A stretch of 64,000 bases of DNA from Squalus acanthias (GCA_030390025.1 JASTWF010000324.1:434001-498000), one strand, 5' to 3'; numbered from the stretch's first letter, positions 18,856-31,831 are shown. Notes: generated from the letters alone by a model not told the origin. Program-made: numbers and translations.

Positions 18856-19959
18856 TCAAATTCTGTGAAGGCGGCCACAAGCTTTTCCCAACGGTGGGGG
18901 GGCACTGACCCCTTCCTTTGATCTGCCGCAGCTTGTCGCTGCTGCGCTGGGACTGGGATCTCCCTGGGCTGCCTTAGCCTTGAACCTACGCCTTGGGACA
19001 CTCTGGGGGCTTACCCACATCTTCCTGGGCTGGGGTGTCCGACTTGACCTACGGGGAACTACCGGGGGCAGGAACTCCAGGACCGACGGACCGGGTTTCG
19101 AGACTTCCACCGTGGCGACCTGTGGTCCCACCACAGTCGCTGGCTCCGCCTCCCCTGACTCCGCCTCCCTGAACTCGGGATCTGCAGCCTTTGGCACCGC
19201 CCTACTTGGCCCAGTAGGCGGCCCTTCACTCGCAATCCCTACCTCCCTCGAGGGCAAGACTTCCAAGGCGGACGGACTGGGTTCTGAGGCTTCCATTGCC
19301 ACGTCCTGTGGTCCCACCACAGCCGCTGGCCCCGCCTCCCCTAGCTCCGCCCCCCTGATCTCGGGACCTGCAGCTTCTGTCTCCACCCTGTGTGGATCTC
19401 CATCTGCAGTCCCTATCTACCCTATACCTGAATCGGGGGCGACCCTTTCGTCCTCCGATTCCAGCTCCTCTTCGCTTGTGTCACTATCTTGGTCGAGCTC
19501 CTCGAACTCTTCCTCATCTGACTCCCAACCCCAATAAAGGATCCTGCATTTCGCCAGGATGTCCTCTCCCCTGATGCAAGCTGCTTTGCCTGCCTGTGTG
19601 TCCTGTGGCCCTACCCGGGGCTGCGAGTCCCCACTCGCAGGTTTGGCCCCTGTGGTTGGCCCTTGCGCACCCGGCTTATACAGTTTGCACTGATTTAAAT
19701 CCCTGCTTCTGGCTACCCTGTAGGCTGCTTTTATCTCTCTAAGCTGCCCTTCTAGCCCGTCTACTTTCCCCATTAAGTGGGCGTTCTCCTCCCGCAGGGC
19801 CTGCTCTCTAAGCTGCCCTTCCAGCTCGTCTACTTTCCCTATTAAGCGGGCGTTCTCCTCCTGCAAGGCCTGCTCTTTCAACCTGGCCTCCTTACAGGAG
19901 ACCCCCTCCTGTGCGCGTCTTTCTAGGGGACACAGGTAGGCGGGCTGTGCCGGTTCCAG
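18856..19959 (-). pseudogene. pol: pol remnant: 12 N-terminal codons, foreign coiled-coil insert, post-integrase tail; one in-frame TAG at 19417-19419
   Basis: LEPAQPAYLCPL and NQCKLYKPGAQG...PRRSSR match provirus 1; PR/RT/RH/IN absent. Confidence 0.85.
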
Positions 19960-21759
19960 TCAGAAGTCCGGGTTGCATGGGGCTGTTGCTACCTTCCCGT
20001 GCAAAATCATGAGAGACCGCATGGCTCCTAACATTGATTCGATCGCATCGGGATGGATAGGTGCACCAGCTCCCCTATCAGAGACAGGCGCCTGGGCTCG
20101 GACTGCGGGATTTTTATCCCTGGACTCCTTCCAAGGGTTCCTGCAGTTCTTGCGCCAGTGCCCTGTTTTTCCGCATCCGAAACAAGCATTACTGGCCTGT
20201 GGGACGCGATTTCCCTCCTGATGCCACTCCTTTTGAGCCGGGGCTGTGGGCCGCGCCTCATGCACCTTACCCTTAAGGGGACGTGCTCCCGCACTCCTGG
20301 TATTACGGTACCCTACCGTGAGTCGATTTAGGACCGACTCCTCTGTTGTGGCGGGGTTAATGGGATCAAACCACGTTTTGGCCTGCTCCCTCACGGCTGG
20401 TAAGCTGTTGGCTACTATACATCTGAGCCAGTGAGCTAAACCAACGGCGTCTAAATCAACGCGCTCGGGCGCGCCTGGGCAACTACGCTGATAGACAGGC
20501 CACAGCCTGTCGGCGGAAACCTTCGGGGGTTCTCCCTCCATCTGCATAGTCTGTCCCAATCTAACGAACGGACCTTCGTCGTCCGCCCCCAACACTTCCA
20601 GGACCTCATCTCTTAACTCCTCATAGGTCCTATTACCCCTTTTGCTCACGTCTGAGAGACACTGGAGGATCGAGCTGTCTAAAGAGAACAGCAGCATTTT
20701 TGCCCTTTCCCCATCGTCGCAGCCGTTAATGGCTGCGGTCTGCTCTACCTCCCTGAAATGTACGGAAGGGTCGTCTGACTCGGACAGCTTCCGTACGTGG
20801 CTAATCATAGCCCTCAGCTGGTGTGCGCTGTGAGGCAACACAAGCTGGTTGAGGAGATTCCCCTCTTCCCCATTGTCTCCCTCCGGGCCCCTCTTGATAC
20901 CCGTAAGTGGGCACAACGCTCCCGGCTTCACCACTACTTTAGGGGGCTGTCCTACCTCGGGGACCTCTTCCTCTACTTCTACCACTTCCTTCCTTACCCA
21001 GGTTGCCGAATAGCTGGGTGGCGCGGAGGGCACAGTGGCAAATACCTCCTCTGCTTTGTTCGGTGGGGATTTCTGAAATTCCCCACCCACCGGCGGCTGG
21101 TGTGCTGACGGGCTGATAAGGCACACCATGCCGTGCGCTTTGTTCAGGGCCTCTTTAAGGTTCCCTATCTCTCTTTGGCAGACGCTGTGATCGGCCCCCT
21201 CATGTTTATCCTCGAGGGCCATCTTATATGCCGCCCTAACCCCCTTTAAGCTCTCTTCCTGGGCTTTTATTTGAGCAGCTAGGCGGGCACATCGCTCCCT
21301 TATTCTGCCCTCATTTAATTTTGCCTCAGTGACCTGGCACTCGAGGTAATCTATTTTCGCCTTATGGTGGTTGGCGACTAACTGGCGTTCTTGATGCAAC
21401 GCATTTAAAGACGCGATGAGCTGCTGCCCCCCTGCGACCTTCTCGTCCATTTCCACCTCTAAACCCTTGATCTGAGCTGCCTGCGCTATGATGACCTGGT
21501 CCGAAAGCTGGACTTGCCTTTTATAACACATCAGCCAGACCGCTTTCTCTACAGATTTTTTATGTTCCTTGCTGCCTGTCCACCTCACGGCTGCCTCTAG
21601 TGGACGCTTATCCACCAGCAGGTCACTTATCCATCTCTTAGTCAAATTCACTTTTCCAAAAACATAATCGGCTATTCTCTCTTCCATAACATTTCGCCCA
21701 TTCATACCAGGGTCTAACACATTATTTTCTCGCTGCCAGTGTCCCTTCGTGGTCGCCAT
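19960..21759 (-). CDS. gag: Gag polyprotein, 599 aa, open
   Basis: Collinear homolog of 5747-7558; CFGCGKTGHWRKNC knuckle. Confidence 0.92.
   Translation of the reverse strand: MATTKGHWQRENNVLDPGMNGRNVMEERIADYVFGKVNLTKRWISDLLVDKRPLEAAVRWTGSKEHKKSVEKAVWLMCYKRQVQLSDQVIIAQAAQIKGLEVEMDEKVAGGQQLIASLNALHQERQLVANHHKAKIDYLECQVTEAKLNEGRIRERCARLAAQIKAQEESLKGVRAAYKMALEDKHEGADHSVCQREIGNLKEALNKAHGMVCLISPSAHQPPVGGEFQKSPPNKAEEVFATVPSAPPSYSATWVRKEVVEVEEEVPEVGQPPKVVVKPGALCPLTGIKRGPEGDNGEEGNLLNQLVLPHSAHQLRAMISHVRKLSESDDPSVHFREVEQTAAINGCDDGERAKMLLFSLDSSILQCLSDVSKRGNRTYEELRDEVLEVLGADDEGPFVRLGQTMQMEGEPPKVSADRLWPVYQRSCPGAPERVDLDAVGLAHWLRCIVANSLPAVREQAKTWFDPINPATTEESVLNRLTVGYRNTRSAGARPLKGKVHEARPTAPAQKEWHQEGNRVPQASNACFGCGKTGHWRKNCRNPWKESRDKNPAVRAQAPVSDRGAGAPIHPDAIESMLGAMRSLMILHGKVATAPCNPDF
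21741..21758 (-). promoter_or_regulatory. Primer binding site, second tRNA-Arg(UCG) isodecoder
   Basis: + strand GTCCCTTCGTGGTCGCCA, recalled as another vertebrate tRNA-Arg(UCG) 3' end plus CCA. Confidence 0.85.
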
Positions 21760-21763
21760 TATC

Positions 21764-23394
21764 TGTAAGGGGTTTCGGGTGGCTCTGTGCTTAGCCTGGG
21801 TGCTAGTGCGGGGTTAGGCCTTGTTGCCTGTTCTGGTCTCCAGCCAGCCTGGTAACACTAGACACCTGTGAGTGGTTCGACCCACTTGCCCTTACGGTTC
21901 TGACACTGGACTTAGGTGCGAGAGCAATAATGCAGAGAAAACTCAGGTAGACCCGGTTGAATAGTGCGAAATGGAAAATCTTTATTGCATATTATTCAAG
22001 ACTACGAAATACATGTCATAAGCACAGATTAATGACAGTACAAACTTATATACATTTATGCAACTAGGTTTAGGGAAACGAGGAGCGCACGACACATCGT
22101 AAAAGGGGACACACATTATAATTATCCTTAAAACTTAAACCCTCCCCTATCAATACCTGTCCTAATCTAGATTTGTAGGATCGAGACTCATGCTCACCAC
22201 TCGTGATAACTCGGAGAATTCCGAAACTCTGCTCGGATGTTTTTACCGCAGCACCTGACTATCCACGTGTTGATCAGGGGTCTCTGTACCCCACTTGTTT
22301 GCTCGCTTCTGCTCCGGCTAGCAGGCTGGACTGTCTGCTGTCATGAAGATCTGTGTTGTCCTCGGAACTCTGACAAAACTCAAAGAAGAGTCTTCCTATG
22401 CCCGGCACCCGTTAGCCGGTAAAATTCAAAGAAGAGTCTTTTCGGACCAACACCAGTTGTGGAGTAGCCGATAGAATTCGAAGAAATGGTCCTTATATTT
22501 AGAGGCGCAGTCGGGGTTTACTGACCGTGGCGATACGTATTGTCGTCTTCTTCTCTTCTCATCTCATCTCATCTCATCTCCTCTCGGGCCTTCGGTTCCA
22601 ACACCGTTTACCGACTTCTCGGGATGGTGCGCCCACTTCCAGGTCTTCGCAGCCCAGTTCTCCACAGATCTTCGCGGCAAGCCACGAGGTTGATCCTGGC
22701 GGATCAGAGTCCAGAGTCGTCAGGCAGTTCAGCAGCCTTCCAGCGAGTCAAAGCAGCAAGAGAGAGATGGGCGGTTGTACTTTACAGTTATAGTGCTGTA
22801 ATTCCTATTTTCCCGCCCAATCTTAATGTCTATCTTTTGTCATGTTTTGGCGCTCAAAACTTCTTGTATGGGGTGATCTCAGTCTTTAATGGGTTACGGT
22901 GATACTTGTAACTGTCTGAGTACCCGTTAATATTTCTCCCATTGTGGAACCGGTTAGTAGTCTCCCTGGAGGGGTTTTGGGGCTTCCAAATGCTTGCTGT
23001 GAGTACCCGCGAACGGCTCTCTCATCGTAGAGCCGTGGGGAATTTGCATATCAATGTCTTTGGATGGGTCCTTGATCGCTCAGTACAATAGCCCTCGTTT
23101 GTACCTGGAAAACCGATTCCAGTATTTATGTTTGAAATGCAAACCCATCGCGTCTTGTCATTATCTCAAATGTGCTGAGTCCTGTCCGATCTTGCTGAAA
23201 TGTTTATTGAAACGCCATCTTGTCTGCCTACTGAAAGTCTAGAACATTCTGCCACGAGGCGTGGCGGCCATTTTACAGGCTGTTTGTGTCCGTTTTGAAA
23301 CCTGACAGCATTCTGCTGAAATAAAGCTGTTTGTACGAAACTTTTTGTCTCCTTCTCATTATTATAAAATCGCGATAATTTTGCGAATTCTACA
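21764..23394 (-). repeat. 5' LTR of provirus 2 (1631 bp)
   Basis: Minus strand begins TGTAGAATTCGC and ends CCTTACA; diverged homolog of the provirus 1 LTR. Confidence 0.93.
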
Positions 23395-24101
23395 GCTGTA
23401 CCTGCCCTGGGAGTGTTTGATGGGACAGTGTAGAGGGAGCTTTATTCTGTATCTAATCCGTGCTGTACCGCCCTGCGAGTGTTTGATGGGACAGTGTAGA
23501 GGGAGCTTTACTCTGTAACTAATCCGTGCTGTACCTGCCCTGGGAGTGTTTGATGGGACAGTGTAGAGGGAGTTTTACTCTGTAACTAATCCGTGCTGTA
23601 CCTGCCCTGGGAGTGTTTGATGGGACAGTGTAGAGGGAGCTTTACTCTGTATCTAACCCGTGCTGTACCTGCCCTGGGAGTGTTTGATGGGACAGTGTAG
23701 AGGGAGCTTTTCTCTGTATCTAATCCGTGCTGTACCTGCCCTGGGAGTGTTTGATGGGACAGTGTAGAGGGAGCTTTACTCTGTATCTAACCCATGCTGT
23801 ACCTGCCCTGTGAGTGTTTGATGGGACAGTGTAGAGGGAGATTTACTCTGTATCTAACCCGTGCTGTACCTGCCTTGGGAGTATTTGATGGGACAGTGTA
23901 GAGGGAGCTTTACTCTGTATCTAATCCGTGCTGTACCTGCCCTGGGAGTGTTTGATGGGACAATGTTGAGGGAGCTTTACTCTGTATCTAACCCGTGCTG
24001 TACCTGCCCTGGGAGTGTTTGATGGGACAGTGTAGATTGAGCTTTACTCTGTATCTAATCCGTGCTGTACCTGCCCTGGGAGTGTTTGATGGGACAGTGT
24101 A
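23395..24101 (+). repeat. 67-bp satellite, continuation of the array
   Basis: Same unit as 836-4083. Confidence 0.96.
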
Positions 24102-24358
24102 TAGAGAGAGCAACTATCAGAGAGAGAGAGACAATGTGTGAGAGAGAGAGGGAGTGTGAAAACAGAGAGAAACCGAAAAGGTGACCAATAGAGAAGGGGT
24201 ATAAAGGAGCAGAATTGATACAGAGGCAGAGAGAAGGAGGGATATAGTAAATAGGAGATTGGGAGTGAGAGAGGGAGTGACAGCAAGAGGGTTCATCAAA
24301 GGACGAGCGAGGGACAGATGAGAGGAGCAGAGAAAAAGAGAGAAGTGCGAGACAGGTT

Positions 24359-26912
24359 ACATAAGAACATAAGAACATAAGAAATAGGAGCAGGAGTAGG
24401 CCATTTGGCCCCTCGAGCCTGCTCCACCATTCAATAAGATCATGGCTGATCTGATCTTGGTCTCAACTCCACTTTCCTGCCCGCTCCCCATAACCCTCAA
24501 CTCCCCTGTAGTTCAAAAATCTATCTATCTCAGCCTTGAATATATTCAATGACTCAGCCTCCACAGCTCTCTGGGGTAGAGAATTCCAAAGATTCACGAC
24601 CCTCTGAGAGAAGAAATTCCTCCTCATCTCTGTCTTAAATGGGTGACCCCTTATTCTGAAATTGTGCCCTCTCGTTCTCGACTCCCCCACGAGGGGAAAC
24701 ACCCTCTCTGCATCTACCTTGTCAAGCCCTCTCAGAATCTTATATGTTTCAATAAGATCACCTCTCATTCTTCTAAATTCCAATGAGTGTAGACCCAACC
24801 TGCTCAACCTTTCCTCGTAAGACAAGCCCTTCATCCCAGGAATCAACCTAGTGAACCTTCTCTGAACTGCCTCCAATGCAAGTATATCCCTCCTTAAATG
24901 AGGAGACCAAAACTGTACGCAGTACTCTAGGTGTGGTCTCACCAACACCCTGTACAGTTGTAGCAAGACTTCCCTACTTTTATACTCCATCCCCCTTGAA
25001 ATAAAGGCCAACATTCCATTTGCCTTCCTAATTACTTGCTGTTCCTGTGTGCTAACTTTTTGTGTTTCATGTACGAGGACCCCCAGATCCCTCTGCACCG
25101 CAGCATTCTGTAGTCCCTCTCCATTTAAATAATATTTTGCTTTTCTATTCTTTCTGCCAAAGTGGATAACCTCACATTTTCCCACATTATACTCCATCTG
25201 CCACCTTATTGCCCACTCACTTAGCCTATCTATATCCCTTTGCAGACTCTTTGGGGGGAAAATTCGGTTGCTATGCGCCTCCCAAAGCAACTAGCGCCCG
25301 TGCGCGGCGATGTTTGCGCCACTCGCGAAATTGACCAGATATTTTGCGGCGGCACTAAACACTACCGCCACGATCTCCTGCGCCCGCAGATCGTCACGTC
25401 AGTCGAGTGCGCAACGCCCCGGTAGCGCCCCGGACCGGATATTGAGTGGCGCCCCCTGCCTTACCGCCTGCCGCTAGCAACGACAGGTTAAGGGGAGCGT
25501 TTTGCAGTCAGGAAGGGACTAGGGGAGTGCTATTTAAAGCCGCTTCCTGCCTTTTTTTTGTCGGCGACATTTTTGCACCACGCATTCTGAGAGAGAGAGA
25601 GACTTCTGGAGAGATTCAACGCTGTGTGAAGGAGTTTTGGGTACTGAGCAGCACTTTGCAGGTTCATTTTGATTTGCCCTTCCTTGTATTGATTTAGAAG
25701 AGACTGTGGGGGCTGCACTCTGAGCTCTTTCCCTGGGCCTCTCCATTGTTCTTTCCAGCAGAATTGATGTACAGGTCTCTCCAGGCCGAGATTCAAGGCT
25801 GCAATGAGCAGGGTGTGGATGGAGAGCAAGATTGACCCTCCCCTTTAAGAACTGGCCGGTGCCATTGTGTCTGTGTTCCATTGCTGACTGACATCACATG
25901 AGCTTCGCCAGCGCTCTGAGGTAGCGCCTCGCTCCTCGGCGTTAGCGCCTTAACAGAGGTGTGTAGCGCCTGATTTAGCTCTCCAATCACCTCCAGGGGC
26001 GATAGAAGCCAAGTTTGCAGTCGGAGGTGATAATTGGCACTGGGCGCTAAACTTTGCGCCCGGCCTATAATTGCGCCCCAAACGGGGCGATACCGAATTT
26101 TTCCCCCTTAATGTCCTCCTCACAACTTGCCTTCCCACCTATCTTGATATCATCAGCAAATTTGGCTACAGTACACTCGCTTCCTTCATCCAAGTCATTA
26201 ATATAGATTGTAAATAGTTGAGGCCCCAGCACTGATCCCTGTGGCACCCCACTAGTTACAGGTTGCCATCCTGAAAAATACCCATTTATCCCGACTCTCT
26301 GTTTTCTGTTAGTCGAATGCCTTTTGGAAATCCAAATACACTACATCAACTGGTTCCCCTTGATCCACCCTGCTCGTTACCTCCTCAAAGAACCCTAATA
26401 AATTTGTCAAACACGATTTCCCTTTCATAAAACTATGTTGACTCTGCTTGATTGTATTATGATTCTCTAAATGTCCTGCTACTACTTCCTTAATAATGGA
26501 TTCGAGCATTTTCCCAGTGACAGATATTAGGCTAACTGACCTATAGTTTCCTGCTTTTTGTCTCCCTCCTTTTTTGAATAAGGGCGTTACATTTGTGGTT
26601 TTCCAATCCGCTGAGACTTTTCCAGAGTCAAGGGAATTTTGGAAGATTACAACCAATGCATCCACTATCTCTGTAGCCACTTCTTTTAAGATCCTAGGAT
26701 GCAGGCCATCAGGTCCAGGGGACTTGTCAGCCTTTAGACCCATAAGTTTGCCAAGCACTTTTTCTCTCGTGATAGTGATTGTTTTAAGTTCCTCCCTCCC
26801 TTTTGCCCCTTGATTTTCTATTATTACTGAGATGTTTTTAGTGGCTTCTACTGTGAAGGCAGATTCAAAATATTTGTTCAATGCCTCTGCCATTTCCTTG
26901 TTTCCCATTATT
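24359..26912 (-). mobile_element. CR1-type LINE, 5'-truncated ORF2 (RT) and 3' end, split by a MITE
   Basis: [43 protein letters not shown]; (TTCTTATG)n tail. Confidence 0.92.
25253..26107. mobile_element. Non-autonomous TIR element (PIF/Harbinger-like MITE) inserted in CR1
   Basis: TIRs GGGGGAAAATTCGGT / ACCGAATTTTTCCCCC; CR1 reading resumes across it; TTA on right flank. Confidence 0.75.
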
Positions 26913-27481
26913 AGGAGGGAAACTGGTGGAAATGCTTTAAAATCTCCTCTTATGGAGTCAGGCTGGAAATCATTCAATCCTGGCGAGGACACGGAATCGG
27001 GCTTCACTGACACCCGGAAGATTTACTCCGGCTGCAGACGTTAGAGAATGAACTTGTTTCATTGTAGGCGGCCGCTGCCACATTGCTGGGGAGGGGAGAG
27101 AGAGGGAAGTGCTGAGAGCAGCTCGCTCTATTATGTGCTAATGTAATCAGTAGCCTGGGAAATAGCTGTGAGTAAAATGGTGAGCTTGACGTTTATATTA
27201 GTTGATATTGATGGTCCGTGTAGCCGTCACATTCATCCTTCCTCCCATTCCCAGAGTGACAGAGAAATCCTTGTTGGCTGCGTTGTCAGTTAGACTTGTG
27301 GAGAGCTCGTGCCACGGCAGATAGGTAATTGAATAATTCTTCTCACCTTCGCTGAAACAGGAGAGGGGTGAGGCAATTACTGGAGGGGTTACCCGAGCCG
27401 ATCTCCTGACACATCACCACTCTGATCCGGGGGAAATTGGATTTTACACTGTGTTTCAATTCTTGTGAACCTTCTTATAAT

Positions 27482-27502
27482 AGAGAGACAGCGAGAGAAA
27501 GG

Positions 27503-27533
<31 letters not shown>

Positions 27534-27915
27534 GGAGAGAGAGAGAGAGAGGGGGGGAGAGAGAGGGAGAGAGAGAGGGAGAGAGAGAGAGAGGGAGGGA
27601 GAGAGAGGGTGAGAGAGGAGAGAGAGAGAGAGGGAGAGAGAGAGAGAGAGGGAGGGAGAGGGAGAGAGGGAGAGAGAGAGGAGAAAGAGAGAGGGTGAGA
27701 GAGAGAGAGAGAGGGAGAGAGAGAGAGAGAGAGGGAGAGAGAGAGGGGGAGAGAGAGAGGGAGAGAGAGAGAGGGAGAGAGGGAGAGAGAGAGAGGGAGA
27801 GAGAGAGAGAGGGAGGGTGAGAGAGAGGGAGAGAGAGAGGGAGGGAGAGAGAGAGAGAGAGGGAGAGAGGGAGGGAGAGAGAGAGGGAGGGTGAGAGAGA
27901 GGGAGGAAGAGAGGG
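27482..27915. repeat. (GA)n-rich microsatellite
   Basis: Direct reading. Confidence 0.95.
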
Positions 27916-28034
27916 CACCGAGAGACCTGGGGTAGGTAGAGTAAGTGAACCAGTGCCACTGAGATTCAGAGAGAGGCAGGGTGAGCGGAGGGAGAATGAG
28001 AGATGGGAGGGCAGAGAGTGAGAGAGATAGAGGT

Positions 28035-29300
28035 TCCGCCCCCTTGTGCTGGACTCTCCCACCAGAGGAAATCGTTTCTCTCTATCTACCTTATCAAACC
28101 CTTTATCATTGTAAACACCTCGATTAGATCACCCCTCAACCTTCTAAACTCAAGGGAATACAGGCCCAGTCTGTGCAACCTCATAATTTAACCCTTTGAG
28201 CCCCAGGTATCATTCTGGTGAATCTGCGCTGCTCCCCCTCCAAGGCCAATATATCCTTCCTGAGGTGCGGGGCCCAGAACTGAGCGCAGTGTCCAGGTGG
28301 GATCTGACCAGAGCTCTGTACAACTGCAGCATAACGTTCTCCCCACTGTATTCCAGCCTCCTGAGATAAAGGCCAACATTCCATTAGCCTTTCTGATTGC
28401 TTTTTGTACCCGTGCACTGGCTTTTAAAAAGATTCCCATCTGATTCCCTAACGCAACCAAGCAAAGCTCCAGGGCTCGCATTAGGTCCAACACATCGAGC
28501 CACAACTCACCAGCAACTTGCCCGTTGTAACTGGAAGGGTCCTCTGCTCTGAGGAACTTGTCACACTCCCTTTTGACTCCGTACTCACCTATAGGTCCTG
28601 GTAGTTTGTCCCCGATTATGATGATACGAACAATGACAAACAGGTAAAGACCCTCTGGTCCATCCAGCCTGTCCCCCACAACTGCGATCCCTTGTGTATC
28701 ACAATGTCTAGACTCCCCACCCCACCCCAAACCACGTGATCTATGGGAGAGGCAAAAAAACAAATTAAAAACCGGAGAAAAAAATCTGGGAATTTCCTCT
28801 CTGACCCATCTAGGCGATCGAAATGAGTCCCGGAGATCACTCTGGCCCTGAATTCCCTGCAGTCCCTCCCTCCTGTGCGAGCTGATCTCCGCCCCGGCCA
28901 GAGACAGGTCCAGCTCTCGCTTGAAGGAATTCAGCGAATCAGTGTTCACCGCACGAGCCGGCAGCCTGTTCCAGAGGTCCACTATTCTCTGGGATATGAA
29001 CCACCTCCTGACCTCTAACCTCGATCTGGCCTTACACAACTTAAAATTGTGACCCCTGGTCCTCCCTAACATTCCCTTCATCATCCTAGAAACCTCGATC
29101 AGATCACCCCTAAGTCTTTGCTTCACTAAAGTGTACAGTCCCAGTTCATTGAGCCTATCTTGATAACCAAGATGCTTTAAAATGAGAATCAGTCTAGTTA
29201 CCCTCCTCTGCACCCTTTCCAAAGCCTCAATATCACCCACCATGTGAGGAGACTAAAATTGGACACAGTACTGTAACGGAGGTCTAACCAAGGTCTTGTA
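28035..29300 (-). mobile_element. Two degraded CR1 LINE 3' fragments
   Basis: QFWAPHLRKDILALE; ALERVQRR..RLRGDLIE..RTRGH..VDLWNRLP. Confidence 0.8.
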
Positions 29301-30042
29301 CAAGTGATGATGTCTGGACTCTGTCTAGTCCGACCGTCCATCATCATCTGAAATAACAGCAGTGAACCCGTTGGGTTTTTCCGACAATCTGACAGCTTCA
29401 GGGTCACTTTTACTGATCCCAGCTTTTTATTTCCAGATTTATTCAATCTTCAAAGTCTCAAGCTGCCAGGGTGGGATTTGGAGCTCAGGTTCTCTGGATT
29501 ACTAGTCCAGTAACGGACCCATTACACTATCGTACCCCTTGACTTGTTCCTAATGAATAGGGAGAGGCCGCACCATATGTCAGAGGGTGTCCCACTATAA
29601 ATACTGCTTTCAGTAATGAACGACTCATAAGTCTTTGCAGGAGAAGGTGACTTTTAACAGAAGATCAGCCCCTGGCATCGGAGGAGAGTCTCGTGCTCTC
29701 CAGGAAGTCTCCCAGTTTGAGCAAAGGGCGATCGAGCAGCAATGACAGAACGTGAGAGAGGTGGCGAGAGACGATGGAGGCAATAGACAAGGTCCTTATT
29801 GAAAGGCCATCATTCTCTTATCTTCCCTTCCCTCCCAGTCTTAGGAATTGTCCGAGACAATGTAAACCCGGATGACATTCCGTAGAAGGTGAGAGTGAGG
29901 ATTGATGTGGATGAATTTACCGTACCTTCATTCTGCACTTGCTCTTATGATTGTCGCCCTTTATATCTTCACAGGAAGGGCAGAGTAAGCAGATACCCGA
30001 CCCCACACGGACCATCCAGAGAGCAGCTCACCCACAGCATCA

Positions 30043-31635
30043 TGAGAGAGTGAGAGTGAGAGTGTGTGAGAGAGAGAGAGAGAGAGAGTGTGAGAGAGAG
30101 TGAGAGAGAGAGAGAGAGAGAGTGTGTGAGAGAGAGTGAAAGAGAGAGTGAGAGAGCGAGGGTGTGTGAGAGAGAGTGAGAGAGAGAGAGTGAGAGAGTG
30201 TGAGAGTGAGAGTGTGAGAGTGAGAGTGAGAGTGTGTGAGAGAGTGAGAGAGAGAGAGTGAGAGAGTGAGAGTGAGAGAGTGAGAGAGTGTGAGAGTGAG
30301 AGTGTGAGAGTGAGAGTGAGAGTGTGAGAGAGAGTGTGTGAGAGAGAGTGAGAGAGAGAGTGTGAGAGTGAGAGAGAGTGAGAGAGAGAGAGTGTGAGAG
30401 TGAGAGTGAGAGTGTGTGAGAGTGTGTGAGAGTGAGAGAGCGAGAGTGTGTGAGAGAGAGTGAGAGAGAGTGAGAGAGAGAGTGTGTGAGAGAGAGTGAG
30501 AGAGAGAGAGTGAGAGAGTGTGAGAGTGAGAGTGTGAGAGTGAGAGTGAGAGTGTGAGAGAGAGTGTGTGAGAGAGAGTGAGAGAGAGTGTGAGAGTGAG
30601 AGAGAGTGAGAGAGAGAGAGTGTGAGAGTGAGAGTGAGAGTGTGTGAGAGTGTGTGAGAGTGAGAGAGCGAGAGTGTGTGAGAGAGAGTGAGAGAGAGTG
30701 AGAGAGAGTGAGAGAGAGAGTGTGTGAGAGAGAGTGAGAGAGAGAGAGTGAGAGAGTGTGAGAGTGAGAGTGTGAGTGAGAGTGTGTGAGAGTGTGAGAG
30801 AGAGTGTGAGAGTGTGAGTGAGAGTGTGTGAGTGTGTGAGAGTGAGAGAGCGAGAGTGTGAGAGAGAGTGAGAGTGAAAGTGAGAGAGAGAGAGTGTGAG
30901 AGTGAGAGTGAGAGTGTGTGAGAGTGTGTGAGAGTGAGAGAGCGAGAGTGTGTGAGAGAGAGTGAGATAGAGTGAGAGAGAGAGTGAGAGTGAGAGTGTG
31001 TGAGAGAGAGTGAGAGAGCGAGAGTGCGTGAGAGAGAGTGTGTGAGAGAGAGAGTGTGAGAGTGTGTGTGTGTGAGAGAGAGTGTGTGAGAGAGAGTGTG
31101 TGTGAGAGTGAGAGTGTGAGAGTGAGTGTGTGAGAGAGAGTGAGAGAGTGAGAGAGTGTGTGTGAGAGAGAGAGTGTGAGAGTGAGAGTGGGAGAGTGAG
31201 AGAGTGAGAGTGTGTGAGAGAGAGTGAGAGAGAGAGAGTACGAGAGTGTGCGAGTGTGTGAGAGAGAATGAGAGAGTGAGAGATTGTGAGAGAGAGTGAG
31301 AGATTGTGAGAGCGAGAGTGTGTGTGAGAGAGAGAGTATGAGAGTGTGAGTGTGTGAGAGAGAGAAAGTGTGAGAGTGTGAGAGAGAGTGAGAGAGTAAG
31401 AGTGAGTGAGAGTGTGTGAGAGTGAGTGAGTGAGTGTGTTAGAGAGAGTGAGAGAGTGAGTGACTGTGTTAGAGAGAGTGAGAGAGTAAGAGTGAGTGAG
31501 AGTGTGTGAGAGTGAGTGAGTGAGTGTGTTAGAGAGAGTGAGAGAGTGAGTGACTGTGTTAGAGAGAGTGAGAGAGTAAGAGTGAGTGAGAGTGTGTGAG
31601 AGAGAGTGTGTGAGTGTGTTAGAGAGAGTGAGAGT
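30043..31635. repeat. (GA)/(GT) compound microsatellite
   Basis: Direct reading. Confidence 0.95.
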
Positions 31636-31831
31636 AACCTGTATCTGAAGGCCCAGCATCTCCACTCACCAATCCAATTTCTAGGCAAAGGATCACCTTC
31701 AAGAGTCTTAAGGTTAATGACAGCAGCTGGCAGAGCAAGGTACAGGATCTCAGGGAGTTCCATTTTCCTGCATTTAGGGACAGTTCAAAAATATCAGAAG
31801 AACATTGAAATAGAACAGACTGAGCTAATGT

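Larger units (their letters stand above)
16851..23394 (-). mobile_element. Provirus 2: related, pol-deleted, 3'-truncated element in inverted orientation
   Basis: LTR, PBS, gag, pol remnants and env homologous to provirus 1; no 3' LTR. Confidence 0.94.
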
